IMG/VR virus record: IMGVR_UViG_3300032050_014001
Span: 13,119-77,118 of that record
DNA length: 64,000 nt
Source of the DNA: a virus
Lineage: Duplodnaviria; Caudoviricetes
Reading direction: 5' to 3' (one strand)
Position numbers and translations under genes: made by a program. The number at the start of each line of letters is the position of its first letter. Position 1 is the first letter of the stretch. Positions 1 to 9,724 of this stretch are shown here, one piece after another. Below the pieces are notes generated by a model, which made no database searches, was not told the DNA's origin, and saw only the letters and a list, made by a program, of their open reading frames with translations.

Positions 1-22
1 TATACTTTTTTTGAGTCCTTTT

Positions 23-619
23 TTATACTAAGAGACAATATAGTTCAGAGAAAGCAAATGTAAATGATGATTCTATTTCATTGGATTGTCTGTAGGAATA
101 TGATATACCATCAAGCAATGTGGGGAATGCATTTTTATAAATCCATTTTATAACATCATTATTAAATTCGTCCTTACCTACTACAGTAATATCCGTACTA
201 TATTCGCCCAATAGCCCAGAAATATCAGTAATATCATTACATCTTAAAGAAGTTGCATATGTTCCTTCTTGTGCTTCTCTCAAAGCATTGAGCCATGTGT
301 AAATTACCCAATAATTATTAAACATATTATCAACTGTGAAGCTAACCTTCAATGGATCATACTTAGGATGTGTATGTGATGTGATACTAAACGGCGATCC
401 GCTATAATTTAAATCAACAGAAGGTACATTAATAGCAGGTACTACAGCACCATATACAGAAAATGCCATTGTATCTAGCGATATGGATGTATTTTTGCGT
501 TCAAATCTCTTATTAATGTTTCTTAATATGGGAGGTATATCAAAAAACATTTGAAACTTATCTCCTAATGCTTTGTTTAGGATTGCTTGATCATTAGAAG
601 TTGTGTGATTGCCTATCAT
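23..619 (-). CDS. Tail tube terminator / tail completion protein (T4 gp3-like, tail-tube fold)
   Basis: VPAINVP...YDPLKVSFTVDNMFNNYWVIYTWL and NAFPTLLDGISY...FTFAF motifs typical of T4-like gp3/gp19-fold proteins. Confidence 0.7.
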   Translation of the reverse strand: MIGNHTTSNDQAILNKALGDKFQMFFDIPPILRNINKRFERKNTSISLDTMAFSVYGAVVPAINVPSVDLNYSGSPFSITSHTHPKYDPLKVSFTVDNMFNNYWVIYTWLNALREAQEGTYATSLRCNDITDISGLLGEYSTDITVVGKDEFNNDVIKWIYKNAFPTLLDGISYSYRQSNEIESSFTFAFSELYCLLV

Positions 620-622
620 TTT

Positions 623-1876
623 TTATTCAATTGGTTGTGTTTCTGGTTTTACCCAATTCTTCGGCATTAAAAAATTAGCTCTGCTGAATTCTAGTCGATC
701 AATAAACTTTACACCATTTTGATCTTGATCAAATGCAACATAACCTTCAGGGTTTGTGACCTTAATATCACCATTAGGCATTATCAAGAATGTTCCCATC
801 ATAGCACCTTGCATGATTGAATTGTATTTTTGTATAAAAATATCTTTAATTTGCTTTACATCTCTGATATAGTTAAACAAATGCAAAATAGTATCAGCGT
901 GCCGCTCTAGAAGTTTAGTCATTTCATTTTTAGCTGCTATTTTAGATTCTTTTCTTTTAGCTTTTTCTATTTCTTTGTCTAGACGGGCGCCAACCCATTG
1001 TATGAATTCATTCAATGAATAGCGAAGATCATTTAAAAATTCACCTTCTTTAATTTTCGTGTTTAAAAATATGTTTACTAAGTCAGCGACCTTCCCATTT
1101 ATGAAAGAGAAATTTATTAAATTGATATGAGTTTCAGCATTTTGTAATGTTCTTCTTACAAAATTTGTTTCTTCTTCAGTTAAACTAATAGTACCGGCTT
1201 TATTTTCAAATAATGCATCTATGATATATGCTGTTTTAGATTTTAAATGTTCTGCAGAGATGCCAAATTTTTTATTTACAAATCGTTGTTTGCCTTCTTC
1301 ATCTACAGAAGGATCATATTTTGTATGGAAGGCAATACCTATTTGATATTTCTTAATATCTTTAGCCTCTTTTGAATCTTCGGGGAATGTATACAAAATA
1401 GTATTTGGTCTAAACCCCAAATAATTTTTACCACCTATAACGTATTTTTGTACTAATCCGGGCCAAAACAATAAATCACCTTGATACACGCCATCAAAAT
1501 TTACACCCTTCAATGCATTAAAAGCATATATTAATTTCTCAATCAGTCCGGGCGCTTCACCATGATTCTTTTTAATATCTGCTACACTATAAGATAGTAA
1601 TGGTTCATTGTTAAATGCACTTTTAGTAGATATAAAAAATTTACCGTAAGAGTCTCTACCGCATATGACTGCAGGTGCACCATCAATCTTAACAGTCATG
1701 TTAATCTTTCTATCAGTATTACTTTTTAACATATCCAGTAAAACTGAAATATATTGCAAAGTTTTAATAGCACCTTCTTTTCCCTTTTTAAGAATTAATT
1801 CATCTAAATGTGTGAGATGCTTATTAGTAGCATCTGCATTTTCCATTAAAATAAAATAATCCTTAAAGCTCTTCAT
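623..1876 (-). CDS. Conserved T4-like phage protein (DUF6267-like) with ATP-dependent ligase/nucleotidyltransferase motifs
   Basis: TVKIDGAP (KxDG), YQGDLLF, PEGYV, VKF motifs; start moved to MKSFKDYF at 1876, 5 nt after TAAATA. Confidence 0.55.
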   Translation of the reverse strand: MKSFKDYFILMENADATNKHLTHLDELILKKGKEGAIKTLQYISVLLDMLKSNTDRKINMTVKIDGAPAVICGRDSYGKFFISTKSAFNNEPLLSYSVADIKKNHGEAPGLIEKLIYAFNALKGVNFDGVYQGDLLFWPGLVQKYVIGGKNYLGFRPNTILYTFPEDSKEAKDIKKYQIGIAFHTKYDPSVDEEGKQRFVNKKFGISAEHLKSKTAYIIDALFENKAGTISLTEEETNFVRRTLQNAETHINLINFSFINGKVADLVNIFLNTKIKEGEFLNDLRYSLNEFIQWVGARLDKEIEKAKRKESKIAAKNEMTKLLERHADTILHLFNYIRDVKQIKDIFIQKYNSIMQGAMMGTFLIMPNGDIKVTNPEGYVAFDQDQNGVKFIDRLEFSRANFLMPKNWVKPETQPIE

Positions 1877-1881
1877 GCTTC

Positions 1882-1887
1882 TATTTA
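1882..1887 (-). promoter_or_regulatory. Late (gp55-type) promoter TAAATA
   Basis: GATAAATA-N5-ATG(1876). Confidence 0.55.
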
Positions 1888-3570
1888 TCATTGTAGAGGT
1901 TTCCAACCAGACTGCAATAAATCATTTAAATCATCATCAAACCCAAAATGACTCCCAACAAAAGTAGGAATAACATTATATTGACTAGAATCTTTTTCAT
2001 TCATATAAAAAGCACCTGGATTCTTAAATGAACCTACACCCCAATCATATGGACGAATAACCGCTGGTTTATTATTCTCATCCATAGTAATGACTTCAAA
2101 ATATTTTGTGACAAGTTTTTCGTGTAGTATTAATAATGCCCAACCTAAAGACATAACGCGGTCATCATGTTTATCATTCTTAGCTTTCCATGCCCCATTC
2201 GGCATCCTTACGAAGTCTCTTAGTTCTTCTACTGTATGTAAATCATTTATTCTAACAGCATCTAATGTATTAATCCAATATCTTTGATTGATAACATTAT
2301 CATATTTTGTATTAGTATGACAAACGACGCCCAATGGAATAACACTACGATTCAATTCTTTATATCCGTGTGAAATAATATTCTCATACTGATAATCTTT
2401 TCTTAAATTATCAACTACTTGAGCACCGCACTTGTCTCTCTCTATAAGTAGCAATGGTGATCCCCATTGCAATAGTATTTCATGCAATTTACTAGTAAAT
2501 TCAATAGGAGTAATAATATTACATGAATATACAGCAACCTGATTAATGGCATGCAAATCAGTTAGATCTAAAATTTGCACAACAGTATTGTCCTTGCCTA
2601 CACCTTCTGCAACATCAACACCAGCTACATATAGTCTACCTTCTTTTGGAAGTTCCCAAATCTTATAAGAACCATCCATATAAACATATTCTGGTGCAGA
2701 TGCTTTAGATCTTAATGTATCAAAAGTAGCTGCATTGATTGATGCTTCACCTACTTCATCAAATATGCATTCAAATTCTCTTAAAAAGTCTTCTGGAGAA
2801 GCCATAGAACCCATTGTTTCTTTCTTCCACTTTTCATCTCTTCCCGGAACATCATACCAAGGCACTTTCATTTGCACCCAACTATTTTCATTCTTTACAG
2901 AACCGTCATATAATTTAAAAAACAAACCAGAGGTATCTCTAGGTGTTGAAGCCATAATAATTTTAGACTTCTTTGAATTTGAAATGATAGGATACACAGA
3001 AGCCCAAAAACTTTCTAGCAAGTGAGGTTCAATCCAGTCCGCTTCGTCGACAAACAATAAATTAGCTGAACTACCACGACCTGCTGAACCAGTTGTGGTA
3101 GTGATACCTATGCGAGATCCGTTTGCCAATTCCATGGATTCTTTTCCATATTCTTTCACACCAGGTTTTAACCAGTTAGGCAATTCTTCATATGCTAATC
3201 GAATTCTTTTAAAAATTTCTTTAGCAGTACTTTCTTTATTGGCTACAATTAAAATATTTTGATGTTCATTAAAGCAAGCAGTCCATAAACAATAGATAGT
3301 CGATATAGTACTCTTGCCACTTTGTCTTGCAAACAATAATAGAGAGAAACGATTATCACGCATCATCCTCAATGCTTTCTTTTGATAAGTATGAAGTGGT
3401 ATTTTAATTTTGCCATCATCTGGAGCAATGATATGAAAATAATTTTCAGCAAAATGTAATATATTCTCTTGACATTTTTTTATTTCTTTAATCTCTTCAA
3501 TGCCGTAATCAAACTGTGCGTCGACCGTTGGTAGATTAGGATTGTTCAAATAGACTTTTTGTCTGCCCAT
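1888..3570 (-). CDS. Terminase large subunit (gp17)
   Basis: Walker A ARQSGKST, Walker B LLFVDEA, ASTP motif, nuclease GVDVAEGVGKD and HDDRVMS. Confidence 0.95.
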   Translation of the reverse strand: MGRQKVYLNNPNLPTVDAQFDYGIEEIKEIKKCQENILHFAENYFHIIAPDDGKIKIPLHTYQKKALRMMRDNRFSLLLFARQSGKSTISTIYCLWTACFNEHQNILIVANKESTAKEIFKRIRLAYEELPNWLKPGVKEYGKESMELANGSRIGITTTTGSAGRGSSANLLFVDEADWIEPHLLESFWASVYPIISNSKKSKIIMASTPRDTSGLFFKLYDGSVKNENSWVQMKVPWYDVPGRDEKWKKETMGSMASPEDFLREFECIFDEVGEASINAATFDTLRSKASAPEYVYMDGSYKIWELPKEGRLYVAGVDVAEGVGKDNTVVQILDLTDLHAINQVAVYSCNIITPIEFTSKLHEILLQWGSPLLLIERDKCGAQVVDNLRKDYQYENIISHGYKELNRSVIPLGVVCHTNTKYDNVINQRYWINTLDAVRINDLHTVEELRDFVRMPNGAWKAKNDKHDDRVMSLGWALLILHEKLVTKYFEVITMDENNKPAVIRPYDWGVGSFKNPGAFYMNEKDSSQYNVIPTFVGSHFGFDDDLNDLLQSGWKPLQ

Positions 3571-3571
3571 G

Positions 3572-3579
3572 TATAAATA
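3572..3579 (+). promoter_or_regulatory. Late promoter TATAAATA
   Basis: Exact T4 late consensus 9 nt before ATG 3589. Confidence 0.6.
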
Positions 3580-3588
3580 GTTATCTAT

Positions 3589-4326
3589 ATGAACAAAAAA
3601 GGCTCACCAACATTTCATAATACCTCTGATAAGAAAATTCATCCTTACATGACACCACCTACCGTAGCTGGTAAAAAAGGTGTGGCATCTATGGGTGTTG
3701 CAGAACCCAAAGAAATTGACTTTTCAAAAAGAGAAGAAAGTTGTGACTCTTGCGAAAAAGTAGCTAAAGAAAGTATAAATACATCCAATATGAGTAAATT
3801 TTTATTCGACAAACTATTTGAAGACGTAATGTCAGGTTCTGAATTCGGTGGCGGAGATGATGCTGCTGATCTCGGTATTGATGTTGGTGGTGGCGAAGGT
3901 GGAGAAGATCTCGGTGGTGGGGATGAAGTTACCATTACACTTGATCGCGCTACAGCAGAAAAGCTTATCGATCTTATCCAAGGAGCTATGGGCGGAGTTG
4001 GTGAAGATGAAGGAGAGCTTGATGGTGAAGGTGGAGAAGAAGGTGGCGAAGATTTCGGGGGTGAAGAAGAAGGTGAAGGTGCAATGGGAGAATCCATTGA
4101 AGTTGTTGCTGAACCAAAACCTTTTGGTGCAAAAGCAGAAACCCTTCAAAAGAGAGACAATAAAGTTTCTTCTAAATACAAAGCAGCTGGCGGTAAAGCA
4201 CATACAGGAAGCATTCCAGCTTTGGAAGCAGAACCAAAAGCATTTAGCGGTAAACCCGAAACACTTCAAAACAAGAATAATAAGGTCGCTGGATTTAGTA
4301 CATCAGGAACAATCTTCGGTTCTTAA
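3589..4326 (+). CDS. Acidic Gly/Glu-rich hypothetical protein, possible head core/internal protein
   Basis: 245-aa ORF after late promoter and before terminator; low-complexity G/E/D middle; duplicated AEPK...ETLQ...NKV unit at C-terminus. Confidence 0.5.
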   Translation: MNKKGSPTFHNTSDKKIHPYMTPPTVAGKKGVASMGVAEPKEIDFSKREESCDSCEKVAKESINTSNMSKFLFDKLFEDVMSGSEFGGGDDAADLGIDVGGGEGGEDLGGGDEVTITLDRATAEKLIDLIQGAMGGVGEDEGELDGEGGEEGGEDFGGEEEGEGAMGESIEVVAEPKPFGAKAETLQKRDNKVSSKYKAAGGKAHTGSIPALEAEPKAFSGKPETLQNKNNKVAGFSTSGTIFGS

Positions 4327-4349
4327 TTTTTTAGTAAGCTAATAATTTT

Positions 4350-4382
4350 AAGAGACTCTATGAAAGTAGAGTCTCTTTTTTT
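4350..4382 (+). terminator. Rho-independent terminator
   Basis: AAGAGACTCTA-TGAAAG-TAGAGTCTCTT hairpin running into a T tract. Confidence 0.85.
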
Positions 4383-4402
4383 GTTTAAACATAAATAATA
4401 AT

Positions 4403-4759
4403 ATGTTTCCTACTTTTAAGGAATTTTATTTAGAGAATAGAAAGGGAGAAAGAAATCCGCATCATTCGAATGCATTTAAGGGATTTGGTAAAAAAACTGC
4501 TGGTAATTTCAACATGACATATGCAGTTAATAGAAAGACAAATGAATATGAAGAGGCAATAGAAAATTTAAGATCAGGTGCTGCCTCATTTTTAGTTGTG
4601 ACAAAACCTTTTGAACAATATATAAAACTTACATATCCTCAACATAATTTTCCTACAAAAGAAGGAGAAAAAGTAGCATTGGGTAGATCTGGTGATTCTA
4701 CTAATCAGGTTTTTCTTTCTATTAATAACACAGGACAATACGTTCTTACCAACAAATAA
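4403..4759 (+). CDS. Hypothetical late protein
   Basis: TAAATA-N5-ATG; N-terminus MFPTFKEFYLE resembles T4 capsid-targeting leaders. Confidence 0.55.
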   Translation: MFPTFKEFYLENRKGERNPHHSNAFKGFGKKTAGNFNMTYAVNRKTNEYEEAIENLRSGAASFLVVTKPFEQYIKLTYPQHNFPTKEGEKVALGRSGDSTNQVFLSINNTGQYVLTNK

Positions 4760-4760
4760 A

Positions 4761-5603
4761 ATGTCTACGTATACATGTTATTATTCAGGAGCTGGAAATG
4801 GAAGTCTTTGTTATGAATTATATGATAAGACTCGCTTACAACCTGATATGCAATTAATTCAAAATACAGTAGATGAATCAATTAATTTATTGGGTCAAAA
4901 AGTAGAATATTTTGTCAATACATATCAACCTACTAGTGCAGATAATTTATATGGTGAACAACCCACCATGGTATATCATGGACCCTATACAATAAAGATG
5001 ATCATTAATCTAAATGAATCTTCATTAGCATTATCAAAATTTGGGTTCAATGCAGAGGATGAAATAACAGCATTCGTTTCTATACAAGGCTACAAAAGAG
5101 TCTTCACAGAAGATTGGATTTACTTAAGTTTAGATCAACCAGTAGAGCCCAAAGCAGGGGATGTATTTTGTATGACTGAATATGGTAGTACTAGATCACA
5201 TGGCAGAGCTGGCAATTATTTTATTATCACAGAAAGACGTGATCAGGATATTTCTGATATCAATCCTTTAGGTGGTCATTATACATGGCGATTAGCAGCC
5301 AAACGTCTTGAGTATTCATTTCAACCCGGCATATCTGGTGAATCTAAAAATGATCAGGTTTATGACGATACATTTGCAGGTCTATTGTCTACCAATATTA
5401 CCGAAAATCCGTTCATTAATAATATACCGTCAACGTTCATTAATAATATAATTGATGAAAATTTCCCCGACGAATTAGGAAATTACGTAGGTGACGGTGC
5501 AGATTTCTTAGATGGTGGTGCTGATATACAACCAATATTACCCCAACCACCAGATGACGAAACTAATCCAGAGCCACCGCCTGATGATGGAGGAGATTTT
5601 TAA
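4761..5603 (+). CDS. Neck / head completion protein (gp14-like)
   Basis: ESINLLGQKVEY, NLYGEQP, LSKFGFNAEDEIT, PKAGD, LGGHYTWRL...LEYS motifs; ATG at 4761 right after upstream stop. Confidence 0.8.
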   Translation: MSTYTCYYSGAGNGSLCYELYDKTRLQPDMQLIQNTVDESINLLGQKVEYFVNTYQPTSADNLYGEQPTMVYHGPYTIKMIINLNESSLALSKFGFNAEDEITAFVSIQGYKRVFTEDWIYLSLDQPVEPKAGDVFCMTEYGSTRSHGRAGNYFIITERRDQDISDINPLGGHYTWRLAAKRLEYSFQPGISGESKNDQVYDDTFAGLLSTNITENPFINNIPSTFINNIIDENFPDELGNYVGDGADFLDGGADIQPILPQPPDDETNPEPPPDDGGDF

Positions 5604-5610
5604 AAAATTT

Positions 5611-5892
5611 ATGTCAATACCAGGTTCAGCACCAACACCAAGAAAAATTTATCCGGGTAGTACGGATGAAGAAAGTAAACTTTATTTTGATATGTCAGTA
5701 AATGATACTGCTGTGTATGGGGGATTTTCTGTGGGTCCAGAAGAGGGAGAAGGTGGTGGCGGTGATCAAATAGTTCAACCACCATCTGTAGCACTCAATC
5801 AAATTAAAAATGCTGTTAAAAACAATATTAATAACACCATGAATGATTTCATTCAACGTGATGTAGATGTTGTTACTGGCGGTGATTTTTAA
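5611..5892 (+). CDS. Small protein downstream of gp14, possibly its +1 frame extension
   Basis: ATG 5611; +1 frame is open across the gp14 stop; ends GGDF* like gp14. Confidence 0.45.
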   Translation: MSIPGSAPTPRKIYPGSTDEESKLYFDMSVNDTAVYGGFSVGPEEGEGGGGDQIVQPPSVALNQIKNAVKNNINNTMNDFIQRDVDVVTGGDF

Positions 5893-8800
5893 TTAAACAA
5901 AGTTTTTACCTGCTACTGATCCGTACCAGGTATTTCCATCTACGCTCATAAAGGAGTACATGTCGGTAGCATTTGCTGTAGATGTAACAGTAGGTGCACC
6001 TCCACTCCATTTTAATATTTTGCCAGTAAATGTCCACGTTACTGTCTTGCTACCTGTTCCGTCTTGTGTTAAAAGTATCAAAAACGAATTAACACCTGTT
6101 GGTATATTTTGAAGTTGGAAACTTGTAATATTTTTATCTAATCTAATTGGAAATACTGTTCCTTGTGACAAATCTACCGTGTATATAAAAGTACCCGGAA
6201 TAGATACTGACACAGATGTTTCGGAATATGATTTAAATTTTACATAATTAGATGATAGATTGACAAAATTAGCAGAAGCTGCTGATACAATACCAATTGG
6301 TGCTAATACATTACCTGCACTCAAAAATAAATTTCCGGTTCGTGAAGATATGTTACCACTATTTGTGTATATATGCCCACTATTTGTATATATCTGAGAA
6401 TTAAGACCTGTAGTATATATATGTGAATTAGTTCCGGTTGTATATATATGTGAATTAGTTCCGGTTGTATAAAATGCCGCATCATTATTGCTTAAAAAGA
6501 TAAAAGAGCCAGCTTGCCTCAATCCGCCATCTTCTAGCCGATTAGAGCTATTGGTGAGTGGATAATAACCAGGTGTCAATCCTGTAGAAGTTGATAAATT
6601 TGCTGTTGTCGATAATTCAAGTTTATTATTAGCATCATCATATCTAATAGATATGCCTTTTCCTGCTGATAATAAATTATTTACGGTATCTTGTACGTCC
6701 TCTGTAGTTAAACCAGTGTTTGCCCAAACAGCACTGTTATCTTTTACAGTAGTAAAAGTATTCTGCCAATTAGATGATAATGCCTTTAAGTCAGCTCCTT
6801 GATATGACCATGTAGTAGCACTATTGCTATTGACTGTATTATAAGTAGATTCCCAATTTCCTGTTAAAGCCTTTAAGTCAGCTCCTTGATATGACCATGT
6901 AGTAGCACTGTTATCTTTTACAGTAGTAAAAGTATTCTGCCAATTAGATGATAATGCCTTTAAGTCAGCTCCTTGATATGACCATGTAGTAGCACTGTTA
7001 TCTTTTACAGTAGTAAAAATATTCTGCCAATTAGATGATACACCATTTATTTTAGTATATATATCATTAATAGTTGTACCCGTAAGCTGTCCAGATACGT
7101 TCATACTGCCATTTACATCCAATTGATACTGTGGAGAAAGTGTATTAATCCCTATCTTTCCATCTGAGTGGATGAACATACGAGGATTTGCTGAAAGATA
7201 TAATGCATTGGTTTCATTATAACCATAATTTACACCGAAATTGGCACCGCCAGTAGAGAAAACTATACCATGTCCAGAACGAACTTGAAATTGGTTGTTA
7301 TCTTCTATATTTAATTCGTCCGCGCCCAAATAACCCAAATACCCCTGTTTAACCCCACCATCTTGTTTAAAAATAATACCGGGATGACAATCTTCGTTAG
7401 CGCCATTATTATCAGTATCAGATTCCAATGTTAGATAACAATGTCCATTTGAATTTATTCCTGAACTAATATGTAAATTAGATTCTGGTGTACTTGCACC
7501 AATTCCTGCATATGGAACACCAGAGTCAATGTTCAAATGAAATAATGTTGTAATTTCGTCAGGATCTAATGTAGATCCTATGTTTCGTATAGAAAATGAT
7601 TGGCCACCACCAGTTTTTCCATTTAAAAGATGATCGTCATGCAAGTCTAATGATAAGTGATATTTATTATCCGTACCAATTTGTCGTAAATATGCCCAAT
7701 CATTATTAGAAGCGCCCGGTGCAAATTGCATATATACACCAGAAAGATTATATGTGTTTGGCGCACTAGACCCAACATTAGATGTTTCTACACTAATGGT
7801 TTCACTATCTAATGTTATTGCTCCACCTACGTGTAAAGTAGTGCCGGGTGTACTCTTATTAATTCCAACCCTTTGCCCGCTTATCACCATTGATTCACTT
7901 ACAGTGTATAAATCATTATCTGTATCTGATGAATATACAAATTTTGTAGTAGGTAATGCATTAGTACCATTTGCATTATATATTAATATGCCTGCACCGG
8001 CTCTCTCATTTGTACCTTTTTTGTAAACTGGCGATGCTGTTTCACCAGATAATCTTAAATTAGATCCGAGTAATGTGTACTGTTGGGATACAGATAAAAA
8101 TCCATAAGATCTATTTGCATCCAATTTATTATAAACACCCAAAGTACCATTGGTCATGAAGTTTATATCATTATCATTGTCTCCCAAAACGTGTAATCTA
8201 TATGTTGGTAGTGATGTTCCTATACCAATATTACCAACTGAATTTATACGCATGCGTTCCACAGTACCGGGTACCGAAGTGATCTGTGATGCACATAATG
8301 TAGCAAATGAAATTACACCCTTTAATTCTGCTTGTGATTGTAGCCCCTCATAACCAAGATCTATGCGCGCGACACCACCGCCGCCCAAGGCACCATAACC
8401 AACACCCAAAGTACCGCCAATATACGGAAAAACTCTAGTGCTCCAAGCAGTATAGTAACCGGGTGCATTGTATCCTGGGTTTGAGCTAAATCCGGATAAA
8501 GGCGCGGCACTATCACCTGATAAATTATATATTCTTGTTACTGCGCCACCTCTTTCGGGCACTAGATTATCATAATTATAAATATTTTGATAATCTAGAT
8601 TCTCGACTATTGTTTGATTGGATCCCGATAAAAGAAATCCACCAGCCACATAAAGTTTGGGGTCAGTACCTGCCCAACCGGGTATTGATTCTGCGTTTAT
8701 TGATAATTGATTGGACGGCGTAACAGCCATAGCTACCGTTTTTGTTTCACTATTAGTAGGTGTGTGGGAAAAATTTAAATTTGAATTTTTTACAGATACA

Positions 8801-9693
8801 ACATAGTTTTTACTTGAACCTGTAGCACCTCTCAATTTTAAATTACCGCCATCTACAGTAGATGATAATGCATATATATCTAATTGTGTGGATGGCGCAC
8901 CTCCTATACCCACCCAACCACTATTACCAATTATAAATGTCGAATTAGTACTACTAGCTGACAAAATCGGCCCAACTCCTTTTTGTTTTAATGATAAAAC
9001 AGGTTTATCTGCAGTAACAATTTCAGCATATATTGCTGGCACGGCCAGACCCACATTAACAACACTAAGTGAATCTGTAGTATTTGTAGTCAAATTTACT
9101 AATGTAGTAGACCCTAATGCAGTTAAATTTCCTGTAATTAATATATTATCTATTGTCATATTGGATGAATTTGAATTCACCCAAGTTGTACTTGCATTCC
9201 ATGATGCAGAATTAGTTTTTACAGTTGTAAAAACTCTACCAACATCGCGTGTATTTAATGTTACACCATCTACAGTTGGAAAATTAGCATATATTGCACC
9301 ATTTGCTGTTATGTCATTTGTAATTGTATTACCTTGCACATAAAAATCATCTGAAACAAATACACCATTTTCATAATTTAATGACAATGTGAATGGTTTA
9401 GGTTGTGTAGTTGGATCAACGGCATATATTGCTGTAGCACCAAAATATGGATTAGCTAAACGCAATGTACCATCAACAATATGATTTCGTGTAACTAAAT
9501 CACTTTTAATTGTCAATTTATTTGCTATTATATCACCCAATGCTGACAGGCCACCGCTTAATATGAAATCCCCCCGAAATGGGTGTTCTGGCGAAGCAAT
9601 AGGATCATAAGCACTATCCAATAAACCACCAGTAGACAATGTATGGTGATTGGCCCTGTGTAATTTATCATGAAAACGCGCATTTCCGGACAT
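5893..9693 (-). CDS. Long tail fibre / receptor-binding structural protein
   Basis: 1266 aa, G/S/T/N-rich, repeated GNIGIGT/VGINKSTP/IGINTLSP fibre motifs, internal tandem repeats, late promoter. Confidence 0.75.
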   Translation of the reverse strand: MSGNARFHDKLHRANHHTLSTGGLLDSAYDPIASPEHPFRGDFILSGGLSALGDIIANKLTIKSDLVTRNHIVDGTLRLANPYFGATAIYAVDPTTQPKPFTLSLNYENGVFVSDDFYVQGNTITNDITANGAIYANFPTVDGVTLNTRDVGRVFTTVKTNSASWNASTTWVNSNSSNMTIDNILITGNLTALGSTTLVNLTTNTTDSLSVVNVGLAVPAIYAEIVTADKPVLSLKQKGVGPILSASSTNSTFIIGNSGWVGIGGAPSTQLDIYALSSTVDGGNLKLRGATGSSKNYVVSVKNSNLNFSHTPTNSETKTVAMAVTPSNQLSINAESIPGWAGTDPKLYVAGGFLLSGSNQTIVENLDYQNIYNYDNLVPERGGAVTRIYNLSGDSAAPLSGFSSNPGYNAPGYYTAWSTRVFPYIGGTLGVGYGALGGGGVARIDLGYEGLQSQAELKGVISFATLCASQITSVPGTVERMRINSVGNIGIGTSLPTYRLHVLGDNDNDINFMTNGTLGVYNKLDANRSYGFLSVSQQYTLLGSNLRLSGETASPVYKKGTNERAGAGILIYNANGTNALPTTKFVYSSDTDNDLYTVSESMVISGQRVGINKSTPGTTLHVGGAITLDSETISVETSNVGSSAPNTYNLSGVYMQFAPGASNNDWAYLRQIGTDNKYHLSLDLHDDHLLNGKTGGGQSFSIRNIGSTLDPDEITTLFHLNIDSGVPYAGIGASTPESNLHISSGINSNGHCYLTLESDTDNNGANEDCHPGIIFKQDGGVKQGYLGYLGADELNIEDNNQFQVRSGHGIVFSTGGANFGVNYGYNETNALYLSANPRMFIHSDGKIGINTLSPQYQLDVNGSMNVSGQLTGTTINDIYTKINGVSSNWQNIFTTVKDNSATTWSYQGADLKALSSNWQNTFTTVKDNSATTWSYQGADLKALTGNWESTYNTVNSNSATTWSYQGADLKALSSNWQNTFTTVKDNSAVWANTGLTTEDVQDTVNNLLSAGKGISIRYDDANNKLELSTTANLSTSTGLTPGYYPLTNSSNRLEDGGLRQAGSFIFLSNNDAAFYTTGTNSHIYTTGTNSHIYTTGLNSQIYTNSGHIYTNSGNISSRTGNLFLSAGNVLAPIGIVSAASANFVNLSSNYVKFKSYSETSVSVSIPGTFIYTVDLSQGTVFPIRLDKNITSFQLQNIPTGVNSFLILLTQDGTGSKTVTWTFTGKILKWSGGAPTVTSTANATDMYSFMSVDGNTWYGSVAGKNFV
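6357..6470. repeat. Short 21-27 bp tandem repeats within fibre gene (HIYTTGTNS / HIYTNSG)
   Basis: atatgtgaattagttccggttgtat seen twice plus degenerate copies; boundaries approximate. Confidence 0.7.
6731..7040. repeat. 87-bp tandem repeat (about 3.5 copies, 29-aa unit) within fibre gene
   Basis: Units start at 6731, 6818, 6905, 6992 and encode SSNWQNTFTTVKDNSATTWSYQGADLKAL. Confidence 0.95.
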
Positions 9694-9699
9694 TGAAAG

Positions 9700-9718
9700 T
9701 ATTTACACTTATTAAATA
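9700..9718. promoter_or_regulatory. Back-to-back divergent late promoters
   Basis: TAAATA on - (9700-9705) 6 nt before ATG 9693 and on + (9713-9718) 6 nt before ATG 9725. Confidence 0.6.
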
Positions 9719-9724
9719 CTTTTA

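Noticed and set aside
3645-4342. Alternative-frame ORFs 3645-4097, 3832-4269, 3848-4342
   Set aside because: Shadows of the low-complexity Gly/Glu gene; no promoter or motif support.
5410-5450. 17-bp direct repeat cgttcattaataatata in the gp14 tail as a regulatory or att site
   Set aside because: In-frame 24-nt-period duplication (FINNI x2) in a low-complexity extension; only two copies.
6731-7040. Regularly spaced repeats as a CRISPR array
   Set aside because: In-frame 87-bp coding tandem units without unique spacers; no cas genes.
7754-9343. Antisense ORFs within the fibre gene and similar ones across the window
   Set aside because: Expected from codon bias opposite long genes; no independent signals.
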